Positions 1-13,000 of a stretch of DNA of 64,000 nt are shown piece after piece. This DNA is from Flectonema sp. DT1601 (Eukaryota). The stretch spans positions 558,001 through 622,000 of the forward strand of contig OZ025790.1 of the NCBI GenBank assembly GCA_964019425.1, given 5' to 3'. A program made the translations under genes and the position numbers. Numbering within the stretch: the first letter of the stretch is position 1; each line of letters opens with the position of its first letter. The notes beneath the pieces are model-generated. The model ran no database searches. It saw nothing but the letters and a program-made list of their open reading frames with translations, and was not told the DNA's origin.

Positions 1-496
1 AGTTCTTTTTTTTTTTTTTTTTTTTTTTGCTTTCCTTTTCCTTTCCTGTTCCTTTTCATTTTCCTTTTTTTTTTTTTTTGTTTCTCATTTGCGAGCGTTG
101 TTTGCCTTTGGAAAAAAGAAAAACCATTCCCGATTCCCTGCATGTTCTCACGGCCCGTTTTTTTTATTTTTTTTATTGTTGTTTGTGGGTTTCTTTTTTT
201 TTGTCAATTTTTTTTCTAGTCCTGAAACATGGCAGGGGCTCACGTGAGGGGCACGCTTTTGTTTCTTTAAACAAAAAACCAATATCGGTAGTACTTGTGT
301 TTCTTTTTGTTTTTGTCTTTTTTTTTGCACAACAAATGTCAGTAGCTTCGCTGTTGGAGGCAAAAAAAAACTAACAATTTTTTGGCGTATAATTTTACTT
401 CTCTAAGGTGACGACGTAGAGAAAAGTAATTATCACCGACATCAATAAAGAATTTCCGGTAAGTAAGTTTTTCCACAGAATGCACTATTTATTTCA

Positions 497-527
<31 letters not shown>

Positions 528-2087
528 TTTTTTTTTTTTTTATTTGGTTAAAAAATTAGTGTCATTTAGGTAAAATTTTTGTTTGTGTTGAAAAGTGTCG
601 GACTTTTCCCAACTCAGACGGCTAAGTTGCTAGACCCGCTTTGTTACTGAGAAGCATAATTCTTGTTTCAGAGCCCATTGAGCTGACTGGTGGTGCGCTT
701 TTCTGCTTTCCGCCGACGCGCCTCAAGTAGCTCTGAGTCTTGTTCCCTGAGCTCTGTTATTGAAGTTGGTGGTCTCCACCCGTTTTTTTTATAAAAAAAC
801 AAAAAAAAAAACGAACGTCTCCTAGAAAAAAAATACAAGTTTATTATGTCTGATTGTAGACTGATTGCACGAGGAGTTCAGGTTAACGTATTCTGGGGGT
901 TTCCCTATCTTTTTTCCCCCCTCCCTTTCGTTTTTTTTTTGCTACTGCATTATAATAAACATTGTTGAAGAAGGGAAACAAAAAAAAAAAAGAAAAAAAG
1001 TGGAAACCCATCCATGATAGTTATCTGACATCCGGATTTTCAACAACAGAGAGGAGGTGGAAGATGTGATGTGATGAAGAGGGTCTTCCTTCTTCCTTTT
1101 TATTGCTTGATTTGTGTGCTAAAAGCTTTCTTTAAAAATTTCCCGTTTTTTAAAACTGTCCTCTTGCCTGCGTGTATCTTGCCTATAAGATGAAGTTAGC
1201 ACCACATTATAAATTGATGTCTCTGTGGTAGTATACAATAACCGTTGTGGAAACATTTGGCTTTTTTCCCTTTCCCCGTTTCTTTTTTTCTTTTTGTCTC
1301 CCATTCCACTTCCCTTTATTTTTTTTTTTTTTGTTTTGAGCAAATCTTATCGGCAATGAAGTTGGTAACGGAGATAAGTGTTTAAAACAGCTACCACGCG
1401 ACAGCAGGACTGGTATTTAGTTGGCCGCACGTCGGTCGACATTCAGTCATCCTTAGTAACGTAGTGTCTTGGTGGGGAGACTACTGAGGAGTAGTGTCAG
1501 AAGTGTTTCCCCCCTGCTGGTCACAACGCACAGTGTTATTCTTACGTTATCACTACTACGGAATCAGAAACTGAATTTTTTTTTTGAGTGAAGAGTCGTT
1601 AAGAAAATAAAACGAATAGTCAGCTGGCGGAAAGATTTTAGCCAGCCAACGATAACAACAACAATAAAAAAAAAAAAAAAACGAAAATAGTATTGGAATT
1701 GTTTAAAATTGAAGAACAAAAACAAAAAAAAAAAGGATGGAAAAAAAAAAAAAAAAAAAAAAAAATTATATATCGGGTCATAAGTTTTTTTTGCGACCAA
1801 ATTCTGAAAAAAACTTTTGACTGATATATTGAGATTCGAGAACACAATCCTTGTTTCCAGCCTCACATCCCGCCCCCCAAAAAAAAAAAACGAATGTGAT
1901 GTGAGAGAGCTTCACAGATATGATACCTACGTGTGGGTAATCTGATCCAGTGAATGTCTTTAGCGAGTTAATTATTTCTTTTTTTTTTTCTATTTACTAG
2001 CAGCGAATGGTTCGGTGAACTCACTTTACGGAATCCAAATGAGTAATACGATCCTTTTTATGTTCACACAGCGCCCACAGTTTAAAT

Positions 2088-3493
2088 ATGGATCTTTGTG
2101 AGCTGACTGCTGTCTCTCCGGTTGATGGTCGCTACCGTCGATCAACTAAAACTCTCGCTGACTACTTCTCTGAGTATGGACTTATTAAGTACAGAGTTCA
2201 TGTTGAGATTGAGTACTTCATCTTCTTGATGGCAACCATTCCACATGGAAAGGGAATTACTGATGAACACATCAAAGGTTTGAGACAACTTGTTACAGAC
2301 TTCAATGTTGAGAGTGCCACGAAGATCAAAGCAACTGAAAAGGTAACCAACCACGACATAAAGGCTGTCGAATATTATATTAAAGAAAGTTTTGACAAGT
2401 TGGGATTAGGAGAATATAAAGAATGGGTTCACTTTGCTCTGACTAGTCAGGACATCAACAACACTGCTGCTCCTTTATTGTTGAAGGATGCTATTGAAAA
2501 ATCGTACATTCCAGGTATTCAGGCTTTCGTAACAACTTTGTCAGAGTCTTTGGCCCAGTGGGATGTACCTATGCTTGCTCGTACCCACGGACAACCTGCT
2601 TCACCAACAAACATGGCAAAGGAAATGAAAGTATTCGTTGAGCGTATCAACAATCAACTGAAGCTCTTAAAGCAGATCCCTCACAGCTGTAAATTCGGTG
2701 GTGCCACTGGAAACATGAATGCTCATTTGGTCTCCTTCCCAGACCAGGACTGGAGAGCCTTCGCCAACACTTTCTGCAGTGAAAAGCTTAACTTAGAAAG
2801 ACAACAATACACTACTCAGATTGAACACTATGACAACATGGGTGCTATCTTCGATGCTATTAAAAGAATTAACACCATCCTTATAGACTTCTCTCGTGAT
2901 ATCTGGTCGTACGTCTCACTTGACTACTTCAAACAGAAGATTATCGCTGGAGAAATTGGAAGCTCTGCGATGCCTCATAAAGTGAACCCGATTGACTTTG
3001 AGAATGCTGAGGGAAATCTTGGAATGGCAAATGCAATTTTTGAGCATTTGACGAGCAAACTTCCGATTTCAAGATTACAACGTGATCTTACTGATAGTAC
3101 TGTGTTGAGAAACATTGGAGTACCTCTTGGTCATACTATGATTGCTTTCTCTTCTCTCGGTAGAGGTCTTGGAAAACTTATCTTGAATGCTGACGCTATC
3201 CACGCTGACCTTGAGAAAAACTGGGCAGTCGTAGCCGAAGCTATTCAAAACGTCCTCAGAAGGGAATCCTTCCCAAAACCATACGAAGCCCTCAAAGAGC
3301 TAACCAGAAAGAATGAACGCGTCACTGAAGATTCTATCAAGCAATTTATCGCAACTTTGGATGTTTCGGATGCTGTTAAGGGAGAGCTTCTAAAGGTTTG
3401 TTTTGTATCTTTTTATTTGAATCTGACACGGACGTGAAATTAGTTAATAAATACCAACAGATCACCCCTTTCAACTACATTGGTTACAAATAA
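2088..3493 (+). CDS. purB: Adenylosuccinate lyase; exons 2088-3395 and 3461-3493 (65-nt GT-AG intron)
   Basis: Motifs SPVDGRY, TNHDIKAVEY, LARTHGQPASPT and the lyase signature GSSAMPHKVNPIDFENAEGN. Removing intron 3396-3460 (GTTTG...AACAG) restores the conserved C-terminus ITPFNYIGYK*. Confidence 0.96.
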
Positions 3494-3877
3494 ATAGGAG
3501 GACCTGAAATAATATGCACTTGATAAGATAAGAATGAAAGAGTAAATTTATTATTATTATTATTATTTTTTTTTTTTTTTGGTTTAAGAGGACTTTGCGT
3601 TCCTTAGAACAGGTTTTTTATTTTTTCATTTATTTTTTTTTGTTTTATTGAAATCAACAAACGATAGTTCTCAGGAACTTTTTCTTTTTTTCGGCTCTTT
3701 CCGGATCACGATGTTATTTTCTTTTAAAAAAGGTAAACAAGAACAAAAATCTTCATTGACGTTTTTTTTTATTTTATTTTTAATTGCAATCTGTATCACT
3801 GTCGCAGTCGGTCTTTGCTGTACATTATCTCCGCTGAACTCATAAAGTTCGGACTAAAATAAGGAGAAAAAAATAAG

Positions 3878-3908
<31 letters not shown>

Positions 3909-4121
3909 GGGAGATGCTTTTTTTTTTTCTTTCCGAAAATTGGCTGCCATGTTATATACCTTCGTTTATAATTCATTCCACAGGACGTAGATTGCAGACA
4001 GATTCTTAATAATGAAAAGAGAGTGTTGCTGTTGTCTTATGTGAATGTTATTTATACTAAAGAAAAAGACCTCACTTTTTGTCCTCAACAGAAGAAGCCA
4101 GAACCCAGCTGGTCTTCTAAT

Positions 4122-7046
4122 ATGGCGGTAGGTACCCCAGCTGGGGATGACGAAGTCCGGAGGTATTCATTTTCATCTGTGACACCATTACCACCTCTGG
4201 GATCTGCATCACCTCGCCTTGAAGGGAGAGGAAGGGCACGATGTGGATACGCTGCGAGGGATGTTGGATTCTATACTGGTTCACTAACTAAAGATGATAT
4301 GCAAAAGGATGTCTCAAAGGAAGAGATCCGCGCTGCTGGTCGAGAACGTTCTCGATCACGAAAAGGAAGCATGTTTCAGTTCCCAGGATGTAGAAGAAGA
4401 GAATCATTTATGTTGGATCCGTTTGAGAATTTTTGCAACCGAAGAAGACGAAGCTCAGTCTTTACAAACTATACTCAACAACGGAGGAGATCATCAGGAA
4501 CGAAAAGACAATCAATAGCTCCTTCTCAAGATCTCAATGGACCTTTATTATTCGCACCCAACCCTGTTGATTACGACCTCCCACCATCACACACAGAATT
4601 AGAAATGTCAACTGACTGTGACTCAAGAAGGAATGTAACACCTGAATTAGAATCCATTTGGTCCCTAATTGATGTTCATGATAAAGGTTATTTAAACTTT
4701 GAAGAGGTCGAATACCTACTCGACGACTTAGGAGTTGAAATGGATGATTGGAAGGAAACAGAATTCCTACACAGAGTAGATGCTGACCAAGACGGTAGGG
4801 TTACTCTGAATGAGTTTTCAGAAGTCTATCTCGAGTTTAGAGCAGCAGGTAAGTTTACAAAATGGTGGTCGATTATTCACTTAGCAGTATCAGTAGCTGT
4901 AAAGAATGGAGCACTTGACACCAACACGGTAGTCAGAGCATGGCAGCGATACGATATTAATGGTGATGAGTGTCTCGATATCACGGAGTTATCAAAAATG
5001 CTTCATGAGTTAGGCCTCCCAGCAACTGAAGATCGCGTGAGAGAGTTCATGAATGAAATGGACTTTGATAATAGCGGTTATATTGAATTCGATGAATTTG
5101 TGTTCTTGTTCTCTCCAAGCGCCTACTGGCAAGACGAAAACAAAGCTGCTGAGAGTCGTCTAACCGGAATATTAGCTGAAGTTAGAAGCACCACGGCCAC
5201 CGCTAACTACAAGGCATCGAGTCAATTTCGAACAGAAACACAATTATATGTCGACTTAGCGAATAAAAGACTCGCTATGTACTCTAGGTACTACAGTATT
5301 CTATTGTTCTTGTATGCTCAGCTGAACATATTGATACCAACTTTTTTAGTTTTTATTGAACCTGTGTCTTTTGATGATTATAGTGAACAGTGGTGGTCAG
5401 TGGTATTACTCTGCAGTGATGTTATATATATTTGGTACATGATTGCGAAGTTATCCCTTCCAAGGCTTGATGATCTCGGGGTTCAAATTACAGAGCCTGA
5501 GCAGGTTCGAAAATTGTATTTCCGAAAAGATTTTCCTCTGGATATTTTTATAATTTTTCCTTTTGAGTTATTGGCTGGGATTTGGGCACCCGCAGCATTT
5601 CTTCATCCAGTTTTTCGATTGAACAAGTTGCTGTTGCTTTCGAAGATTAATCATTTATTCTCTCAATGTTTTAGTGAGTACCTTGGTCCAATCTGGTGGA
5701 GGATTGCTAATGCTATCTACTGGTGGGGAATGCTAGCTCATGGAGTTGCTTGTCTCTTCTTTGTTGTAGCAAGAGAAGCTGGTGATGAAGACACCAGAGT
5801 GATGTTAACAGTAGCTGGTTACAGTCAGTTAAGTCACGCTACTCAATATCTTCAAGCATATTCATATGCTGTGAATACCATGGCTGGTTTGAGTAGAGGA
5901 ACCTTTCCAAGAGGAGATCTCCAACACGCATTCGCATTACTAACAGTCTTATTAGGTGTTTGGGTTTATGCTTTAATGCTTGCTGTTGTGAGTATGGCTT
6001 TGAGTGCTAAAACACAAAGTGGTAGATTCGTTCAATACCTCGATTACGTCAAAGATGTTCTCCAAGGTGAGATTCAAGCTCGAAGACTGCCTCCATCATT
6101 TGCTGATGAAGCCTTAGCATATCACAGACATGTGTTTGCTACTACAGGTTGTATTAATTTAAACGATAATATCCTTGAAGATGTACCAACACAGTTGGGA
6201 GTCGCATTGTCTCTTGTTGGTGGCAGTAACACTATTGGATCTGTTCCTATATTCGCTGGAGCATCACCTGACTTCATCTATTCTCTTCAACAATGTCTAA
6301 CCGTAACAATCGTACCACCTGGTTATGATATTATTAAAGAAGGAGAAGTTGGTCACGTCATGTACTTCATAACTCAGGGAACATGTGACATTCTATCCGG
6401 CAACGTTCCAGTTCATGAAATCTCAACTGGGTCGTTCTTCGGTGAAATCTCACTATTAGCAAGTTGTCCTCGGACTGCTACGATCCGAAGTAAATCGTTT
6501 TGTAATTTATTAGTTTTAAGTCAAGATGATTTCTATGCCGTGATGTCAGTATTCCCTGAGACGATGGAACTAATTGAGATTAGAGCAAAAGATCGAATAC
6601 GAGATATGATGTTATTAGAAAAAGAGAATCAACGACAAACATTTGGTGACAAACTTGGAAGATCAGCAATCACAGCTGTTAAAGTTACTAATGGTTGTAG
6701 TGGTAGTGGTGGAGGTGGTGGTGACAGTATTTGTTGTAAAATAGATGAAGATCCAACATTTGACTCAAAATCATCAGAAGATGAAAGAAGTGGACAAGAC
6801 CCTGAAAAGTCTAACGAACTAGAATGGATCGCAAGTAGAACTCCAGCTGCAGAAGAACTCGAATTCTCATCTAAAGAATCGGTTAACGGAAGCCCTTCAA
6901 ATCCTCTTCGTTCTCGTCGAAGTAAACGAAAAACTCCAACCACTGAACGAATCCTTCCTTCTTCTCTTAGAAACTCTTGTTCTCGTAAAACTACTTCAAC
7001 TAATGTGACGATCCCTCTGAGTCCTTCTAGCCATCAGCTTTCATAA
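4122..7046 (+). CDS. Cyclic-nucleotide-binding-domain ion channel (CNG/HCN/KCNH-like) with four N-terminal EF-hands
   Basis: EF loops DVHDKGYLNFEE, DADQDGRVTLNE, DINGDECLDITE, DFDNSGYIEFDE; about six hydrophobic segments; C-linker and CNBD (IIKEGEVGHVMYFITQG...FFGEISLL...PRTATIRS). The first ATG (4122) follows a CAACAG acceptor; the ORF track start at 4023 is a GTG. Confidence 0.9.
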   Translation: MAVGTPAGDDEVRRYSFSSVTPLPPLGSASPRLEGRGRARCGYAARDVGFYTGSLTKDDMQKDVSKEEIRAAGRERSRSRKGSMFQFPGCRRRESFMLDPFENFCNRRRRSSVFTNYTQQRRRSSGTKRQSIAPSQDLNGPLLFAPNPVDYDLPPSHTELEMSTDCDSRRNVTPELESIWSLIDVHDKGYLNFEEVEYLLDDLGVEMDDWKETEFLHRVDADQDGRVTLNEFSEVYLEFRAAGKFTKWWSIIHLAVSVAVKNGALDTNTVVRAWQRYDINGDECLDITELSKMLHELGLPATEDRVREFMNEMDFDNSGYIEFDEFVFLFSPSAYWQDENKAAESRLTGILAEVRSTTATANYKASSQFRTETQLYVDLANKRLAMYSRYYSILLFLYAQLNILIPTFLVFIEPVSFDDYSEQWWSVVLLCSDVIYIWYMIAKLSLPRLDDLGVQITEPEQVRKLYFRKDFPLDIFIIFPFELLAGIWAPAAFLHPVFRLNKLLLLSKINHLFSQCFSEYLGPIWWRIANAIYWWGMLAHGVACLFFVVAREAGDEDTRVMLTVAGYSQLSHATQYLQAYSYAVNTMAGLSRGTFPRGDLQHAFALLTVLLGVWVYALMLAVVSMALSAKTQSGRFVQYLDYVKDVLQGEIQARRLPPSFADEALAYHRHVFATTGCINLNDNILEDVPTQLGVALSLVGGSNTIGSVPIFAGASPDFIYSLQQCLTVTIVPPGYDIIKEGEVGHVMYFITQGTCDILSGNVPVHEISTGSFFGEISLLASCPRTATIRSKSFCNLLVLSQDDFYAVMSVFPETMELIEIRAKDRIRDMMLLEKENQRQTFGDKLGRSAITAVKVTNGCSGSGGGGGDSICCKIDEDPTFDSKSSEDERSGQDPEKSNELEWIASRTPAAEELEFSSKESVNGSPSNPLRSRRSKRKTPTTERILPSSLRNSCSRKTTSTNVTIPLSPSSHQLS

Positions 7047-10000
7047 CAAACATGATAAACAGTAAAACACTTCTCTCAAACCTTCTTCTCTGACCTTCAG
7101 ATAGCGTAAGAAGATTGAAGAGAGTTGAATTACTGTTTTCAACTCAATCCGACTACTAGCCACCCCTCATCTGATTACATGTAAAGACTGCCACCAGATA
7201 TATAGTCGAACGACATCAGAGGGAAGAATAATTATGTCTGCAAATAGAACAACACAAGTAATTAACAATTTTTGCTGCTCAAGGGTGCTTAATTAATATC
7301 TTTTTTTAAAGGAGTCACGAAAGTGATTTTTTTATTTATTTATTATTTTTAATTTTTTTTTAAAACTTATCCTTGCTGCTGTTCCAGTGAGCGATTGCAC
7401 GGTGGTGTTTGCAACCGTAGACTAGATATTCTAAGAAGGGTGTCGTTTTTTATTAGAAGTCCCTCATCTTATCGCAAGCAATTTGCGAGGAGAAACGCGA
7501 CCATATGGTTTTTCCGAAAGAGGAATTTTTATTTGTTTTTTTTTACACAAACCCTGGCTGCTTATTTTTTTTTGTATTTTCTTGTATTAGGTGATCAACC
7601 AAGCACTCAAACTGTGATCAGTTATGTGAAAATACCTTTCACTACCCCTCCACATGGTCTTCTGTCTTGCTGTATGCCCATCACTATTTATTTATCAATC
7701 AAAGAAAAAAAAAAAAAAAAAAAAACTTTTGCTTTCTCTCTAACAAATATATCAACTGAAGTGTTTCTGCTCACCGGTCACCTTATCAACCAAATTTGTG
7801 ACTTAATTTTATGTTGTCGCTTCTTGGCTGTTCATCTAATTTTCAAAATTCAGTTTTCGTTCGTTTTCTTTTTTGACGAAATGATTAAATTATTTGTACT
7901 GCTGTCGTGACGTTTTGTCAACTGCTTCAAGTCATTTCTGATGGTGTTGTGTGTGTTGCAAACACTACCAAAAAAAAAGGGGAAAAAAAAAAAACAATTT
8001 CTCCGAAAAGCAAAAAAAAATAGAACGTCAATACCTTTTCGTGGTATTAATTTTTATTATTTCAATTTGTTTACCTCGCGTACGTGTCTACCTGAAATCC
8101 CACGAAATTTTATTGAAACAAACTGCTGCCCCCTTCCGTGAAATCCAACTTAGCTTCAGTTTTTTATTTTTACTCCATCGTTGGATTGCACATCGCTACT
8201 ATTGGTAGCTGTATGTGGCGTGAACTGTCTTTGTGGATGTTAACTTTTAACTGCAATATTGTTAAAACGTTATCAGTCAGCTGGGACTTCTGTACGAGCG
8301 CCCGGTTAAACAGATCGTTTTTTTCTCTTTTATTGCCTCCTTGCGCTCTTTTTATATTTCTTCTGAAATCTATTACTTCAGTAGACAGGTAAAATACAAA
8401 CCTTTTTATTTAGTAGTTTGTTTTTGATGACTCATGTTTGCTTCTGTACTTGCGTGTCTTTTCATCGTAATTTTGGTTACGTCGTGTCTGTTTATCCTGT
8501 TAGGAAGGCATGGTACTTTCTTTTTTAAGCTTCGGGCAGCTTTTTACTTAACTTACGTAGCCCCCTGGTGTCTGAATTTCAGCTTTTCAGGAATACGGCA
8601 TAATATACGAAAAAAGTTCACAATTATTGTCGCAGTCTGCCGACCCGACCAGTCTGAAGGTCAGCTGGGACCCATGGCGTTCTACTATTGTGAATTAATC
8701 TTGTTCGTTTAGCGTTGTCAGATTTCATAGATTTTCACTACAAGATCTGCTTTTGTTGTTGTTTGGAAAGACATAATTCATCCAGTTAGCCTTGCTTATC
8801 ACGAGTATATATTGCAGTAGTTTTTTTTTCTCCAAAACCTCCTTAAGGAGGATAGTTTATTTTATTTTATTTTATTTTTGATTTTTAATAGCTGTGGACC
8901 AGCACGTCAATACTCTGCTGGTTCAAGTTGTAGACTTAAAGGATGTGATAATTTACTCAACATTCCTTTTTCTTTTTCTTACAATCTCCCAGAGCAGCTG
9001 AGATCTAAATCTAAACTTTGTCGCTTTGGTTCGATTTCTTACAGATTGGTATAGTGTTCGTGCAGCCCAAATATTGTGGAATACCTTTTCTTTTTTTAAA
9101 AGCGCCCCTTACGATAATGTTTGGGACGGTTAGATGGTTTCCCAGTAGTTTACGAAAAAAAAAAAAAAAAAAAATTCTCCCTCCTCGGGGTACAACAACT
9201 TTCTTTTTTCTTTTTTTTTCTTTCTTTTAATTTCAGACAGGTATTCTCGATTGGCTGTTAAAAATTTTTTTTTTTTTCTTTTCTTCTACAATCCAATACT
9301 TAAATTTGGTGGGGAAGTTTTTCTTGTCTATTCTTTCTCTTCCGATTTTTTTTTTTTAAAAAAGATTTTTATCCCTCAATCGGGTTATTTCAGATGCAAT
9401 TAACTTTGCGGAGTTATTTACTTTTTATATTAATTTCTTTTTTTTTTATTTTAAAGCTAGATTTTGCCCCCTCCCTATAGAACGACAATACGGAAAAGGA
9501 GACATGTATGCAGATAAGTTAGAAACATTGATTATAATGTAGAGCAAGTACGTCAATTGCAGAGTGTTAGCCTGTATTAGCATCTTAGTCACTTGTGTCA
9601 TGAGTTTTTTAATTTATTATTGAGTTCTGATACAATACAGAGATTTATATTCGTATGAACCTAATCAAACAGTCTTCCCCTCCCTATCCCACGCATTCAT
9701 AATTTTCTTTTTTTTTATTATCGGAAGTGGATGTCGTCTTCTTAGATCTGCTTTCTTTATTTTTATGCTTTACAATATTGAAATGTCTTTTGTTATTATT
9801 TCTTATTTTTAGTACATAAATATGATGTACTTCTATATGTATGTTTAGTTTTTTTGTTTTTTTTTTCCAGGGGGGTCGGAGCATTCGGGTTCTCGTTTCC
9901 GTTGTTTGCGTCTCTCGGATTTTTATTTTCAACTTTCTTATTGTAGAGATAATGTTTTATTATCCTCTTGTCTATGGTACTTGAAACTTTAGACATTTGG

Positions 10001-13000
10001 GGGAAGAAAGTATCTCTGTGGTTCAATTCCCCTTCCCGTTCACTTTTTTCTTGACGATGAGAAAAAAAAAAGGTGCAGTTTTAGTTGCGCTGTCATTGTC
10101 TTCACTTTTAGGAATCTGAATTTTTTTTACCTCTGTTACCTTTGTCTGTTTTTTTTTTTTTTTTTTTTTTTTTTTTCCACTTTTTTGTTTTTGAAGCCTC
10201 TTCGCACTGTTTCGTTAATCGATTTCTTTCTTTCGTTCTTTTTTTTTTTTTTTTTTTTTTTCTTTTTTTTTTTTAAAAAAAAATAATCCCTTCTTATCGT
10301 AAATATTCTGTTATAGAATGGTACCCGTGATGTTCTTCAGATTATTTGACTTCTCTGACTTCGAGAAAAAAAAATATAATAAAATAAATATAGTATCGAC
10401 TCGTTTCTTTCCCGTAACTGAATAGAGATTCCAAATTGTTGAATTTTTAGTAAGTTGCATCTTTCAGGTTCGTATGTTTTCTCTATTTCTCCAACAACCG
10501 TTAGTACGGTGTAGGCCTTGTAGTCATCTGTAATTTATTGTTACCAGTCTTCTTATGATGTTTCTGGGGGGGAAAAAAAATAATAATAGCTTAAAAGGTA
10601 TTCGTTCACTGCATTTTAACTGGGATAAAAAAGTTCCCCCTCAAAAAAAAAATGTTTTAATTTTTTACAAAACTTACGTAGAGCTCAAGGCATTCTCGCT
10701 ATTCAGTAGGGCATTTCTCTTTCCCACTGGTTTACAGGTACAGAATTGTGCCTGTCGTTGTTGTTGTTGTTGTTTCTATGATTATTTGTTATTCTGTATA
10801 CCTCTTAATCTTTGGAGGAAATGGGTTCATTTCTTTTAGTTGTACCCAAATATACTTATACTATTTGTTCTTTTTTTTTCTTCTTCTTTTTCAGTTCAAA
10901 CAAACTAACAAACCTTTTTTTTTTTTTTTTTTTTTCAAAAGCGAAACGTATGTTAACATTATGAGAAATTAGTTACTTTTTCTAAGGGTAAAAAAAAAGA
11001 GTCTTTCACTGGAGTTTTCTGTGCCCTTCTGTGTGGGGGAGTTGTTTGGTCTTAAACAACCTTTGGAAAACGGCTACAGACTGACCTCTGGAATACTCCT
11101 AGAGAGCACCAATGTTTGATTATAAATTAATAACTCATAAATTATTTGTTTATTCGATAACTTTATATCAGTTGTTTAGATATCATTGCGTTGCGTTACT
11201 TTATAAATATTGTCATCGCGAATTGAAGTAGAATCTAATCACGGATTTTGTGTGTCTCTCCCGTCGGTGAACTTTTCTCCACTTAACTTATAAATAATTA
11301 GTGATATAACTTCAGGAAAGCAACAAGTAGGTTGAGATGGGTTATCTGCTGTGTGTGTTTTTTTTTTTTTTTTTTTTTTTTTGTTACCAGTGGCTTTTAT
11401 TTCCTTTGCCCCTGCTGATTCTTTCCTTTCGGTACTTTTGATATGGAGTACTAGTTGCTTGTGGTCTTTTGAGTCATCTTGATGTTGTTTGGGTTTTGTT
11501 TTTTAAAATACTAACCAAATGCTTTGGGGACAGTTCCAGAAAAACAGTTCTATTGCTTCAGGAATGTTTACCTTTCAGAAGTTTAAAAAAATTTGGGATT
11601 TATTTCCCTTTTTTTTGCTTTACTGAAGGTTTTCGCTTTTATGCATCGGCGTCGGCTGATATTGGAATTATAAACTGGTAGGTGATAGTGGTTCAGTTAT
11701 TCGACTTTGCTTCCCTTGATAAGTACATCAGTTGCGAACAAAAGTATTTTGCAAAGTGACTGATGAGTTGATTACTGCTTTTATGATCAAACATTCGATT
11801 CTTTCCCTCACAGTTCGTGCTTTCTTAAATAGGCATCTTGGTTTTTTCTGTTTTTTTCTTTTTTTGTTTTGTTGTTGTTGTTTTATTATTGTTTAATTTA
11901 AAGAGACTTGTTGTGTTGACGCTTTCTCATCATATGCTCGCGGTTTTTTATGATGAAAAAAAAAGGAGGGGGGAAAAAAAATGATCTACTGTGTCAACAA
12001 AAAATATGAGCTCAGGTAAACGGCAGGGAGCTTTATTAGGATTAAAAAAAAAAATTATACTAAAACAGTATAAATGTGTCCCCGTTTTTCCACTCATTTT
12101 TTCTTGCTTGTATTTCTTTTTTTTATTCTTTCTTGTTTATTTTTTGTATCTTTTTATATCTCTCTTCTTTTTTTTATGTGATTATGATTATTTTTTTTAT
12201 TTTTTTTTTTTTGTTCAAAGCAAGTATGGATAGCCTAGCTTAGGTTTTTTCTTTCGAATTGTTTTGTGTACTTTAAATGATCTTGTGGGGAAAAAAAAAA
12301 AAAAAAAAAAAAAAAAGTGGTCTTTATAATATTATATTTTGCTCCGACGCAGTCCTTTTGAAGGTATATTTCCCTTGTAGGCAAACTTACTCAGAAAGAT
12401 GACGTTTTGAGTTAAGTTTTTTTTTTTTTTTTTTTTAAATCTTCATCGATTCCAGTTTTGGTTTGGTTTATTTCTTCCTTTGAATTGGCACCTTCCACTA
12501 GGTCGAGCTGCCGGCGTCGAACGGAAAAACAGTTTTGAGTGAGTTTTGTTATTCAGACGAGCGGCAGTAGTTATCAGTTCGCAGCTCTCCCTCAATCCCA
12601 ATACTCAATGGCATTACTTACGAGCATTGACAAGTTCACATTTTAGCATGGATTCTGTTTTGTATTTAAGTAGTAGACGAGATAGATGGTTGTTGTTTTA
12701 TTTTTATGATTCTCTTGATACACTTGGATATTTTTTTTTTTTTTTTTTCCAGCCAGCAAACTGTCTACTTGCTAACTACAGAATGTTCACGTCCTGTTTT
12801 TGTGTGAATCGCTACCAACCGTAGCGATACTTTCCCGCTTGTCTTTGCATACCACTTGCATCATTTCTTACAAATACTGTTTTTAGAGGCGTTATAGACA
12901 GTATCCCTCTATAGGAAGCTTTTCCAAAATTCTTTTAGGTGGTTTTAAGCCTTTTTTTTTTCCCCTTTTTTTTTCATCCTCTCTTCTTATTACCCGTTGT

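Noticed and set aside
27..1866. Phe/Lys-rich ORFs in the ORF track (also 7395-15062, 20773-21172 and 60297-61133)
   Set aside because: They are translations of poly(T)/poly(A) tracts, mostly with non-ATG starts and no domains.
7140..7210. Group I intron-like P7 words (CGACTA ... AGATATATAGTCG)
   Set aside because: No supporting P3-P6 core or host exon context was found; likely chance.
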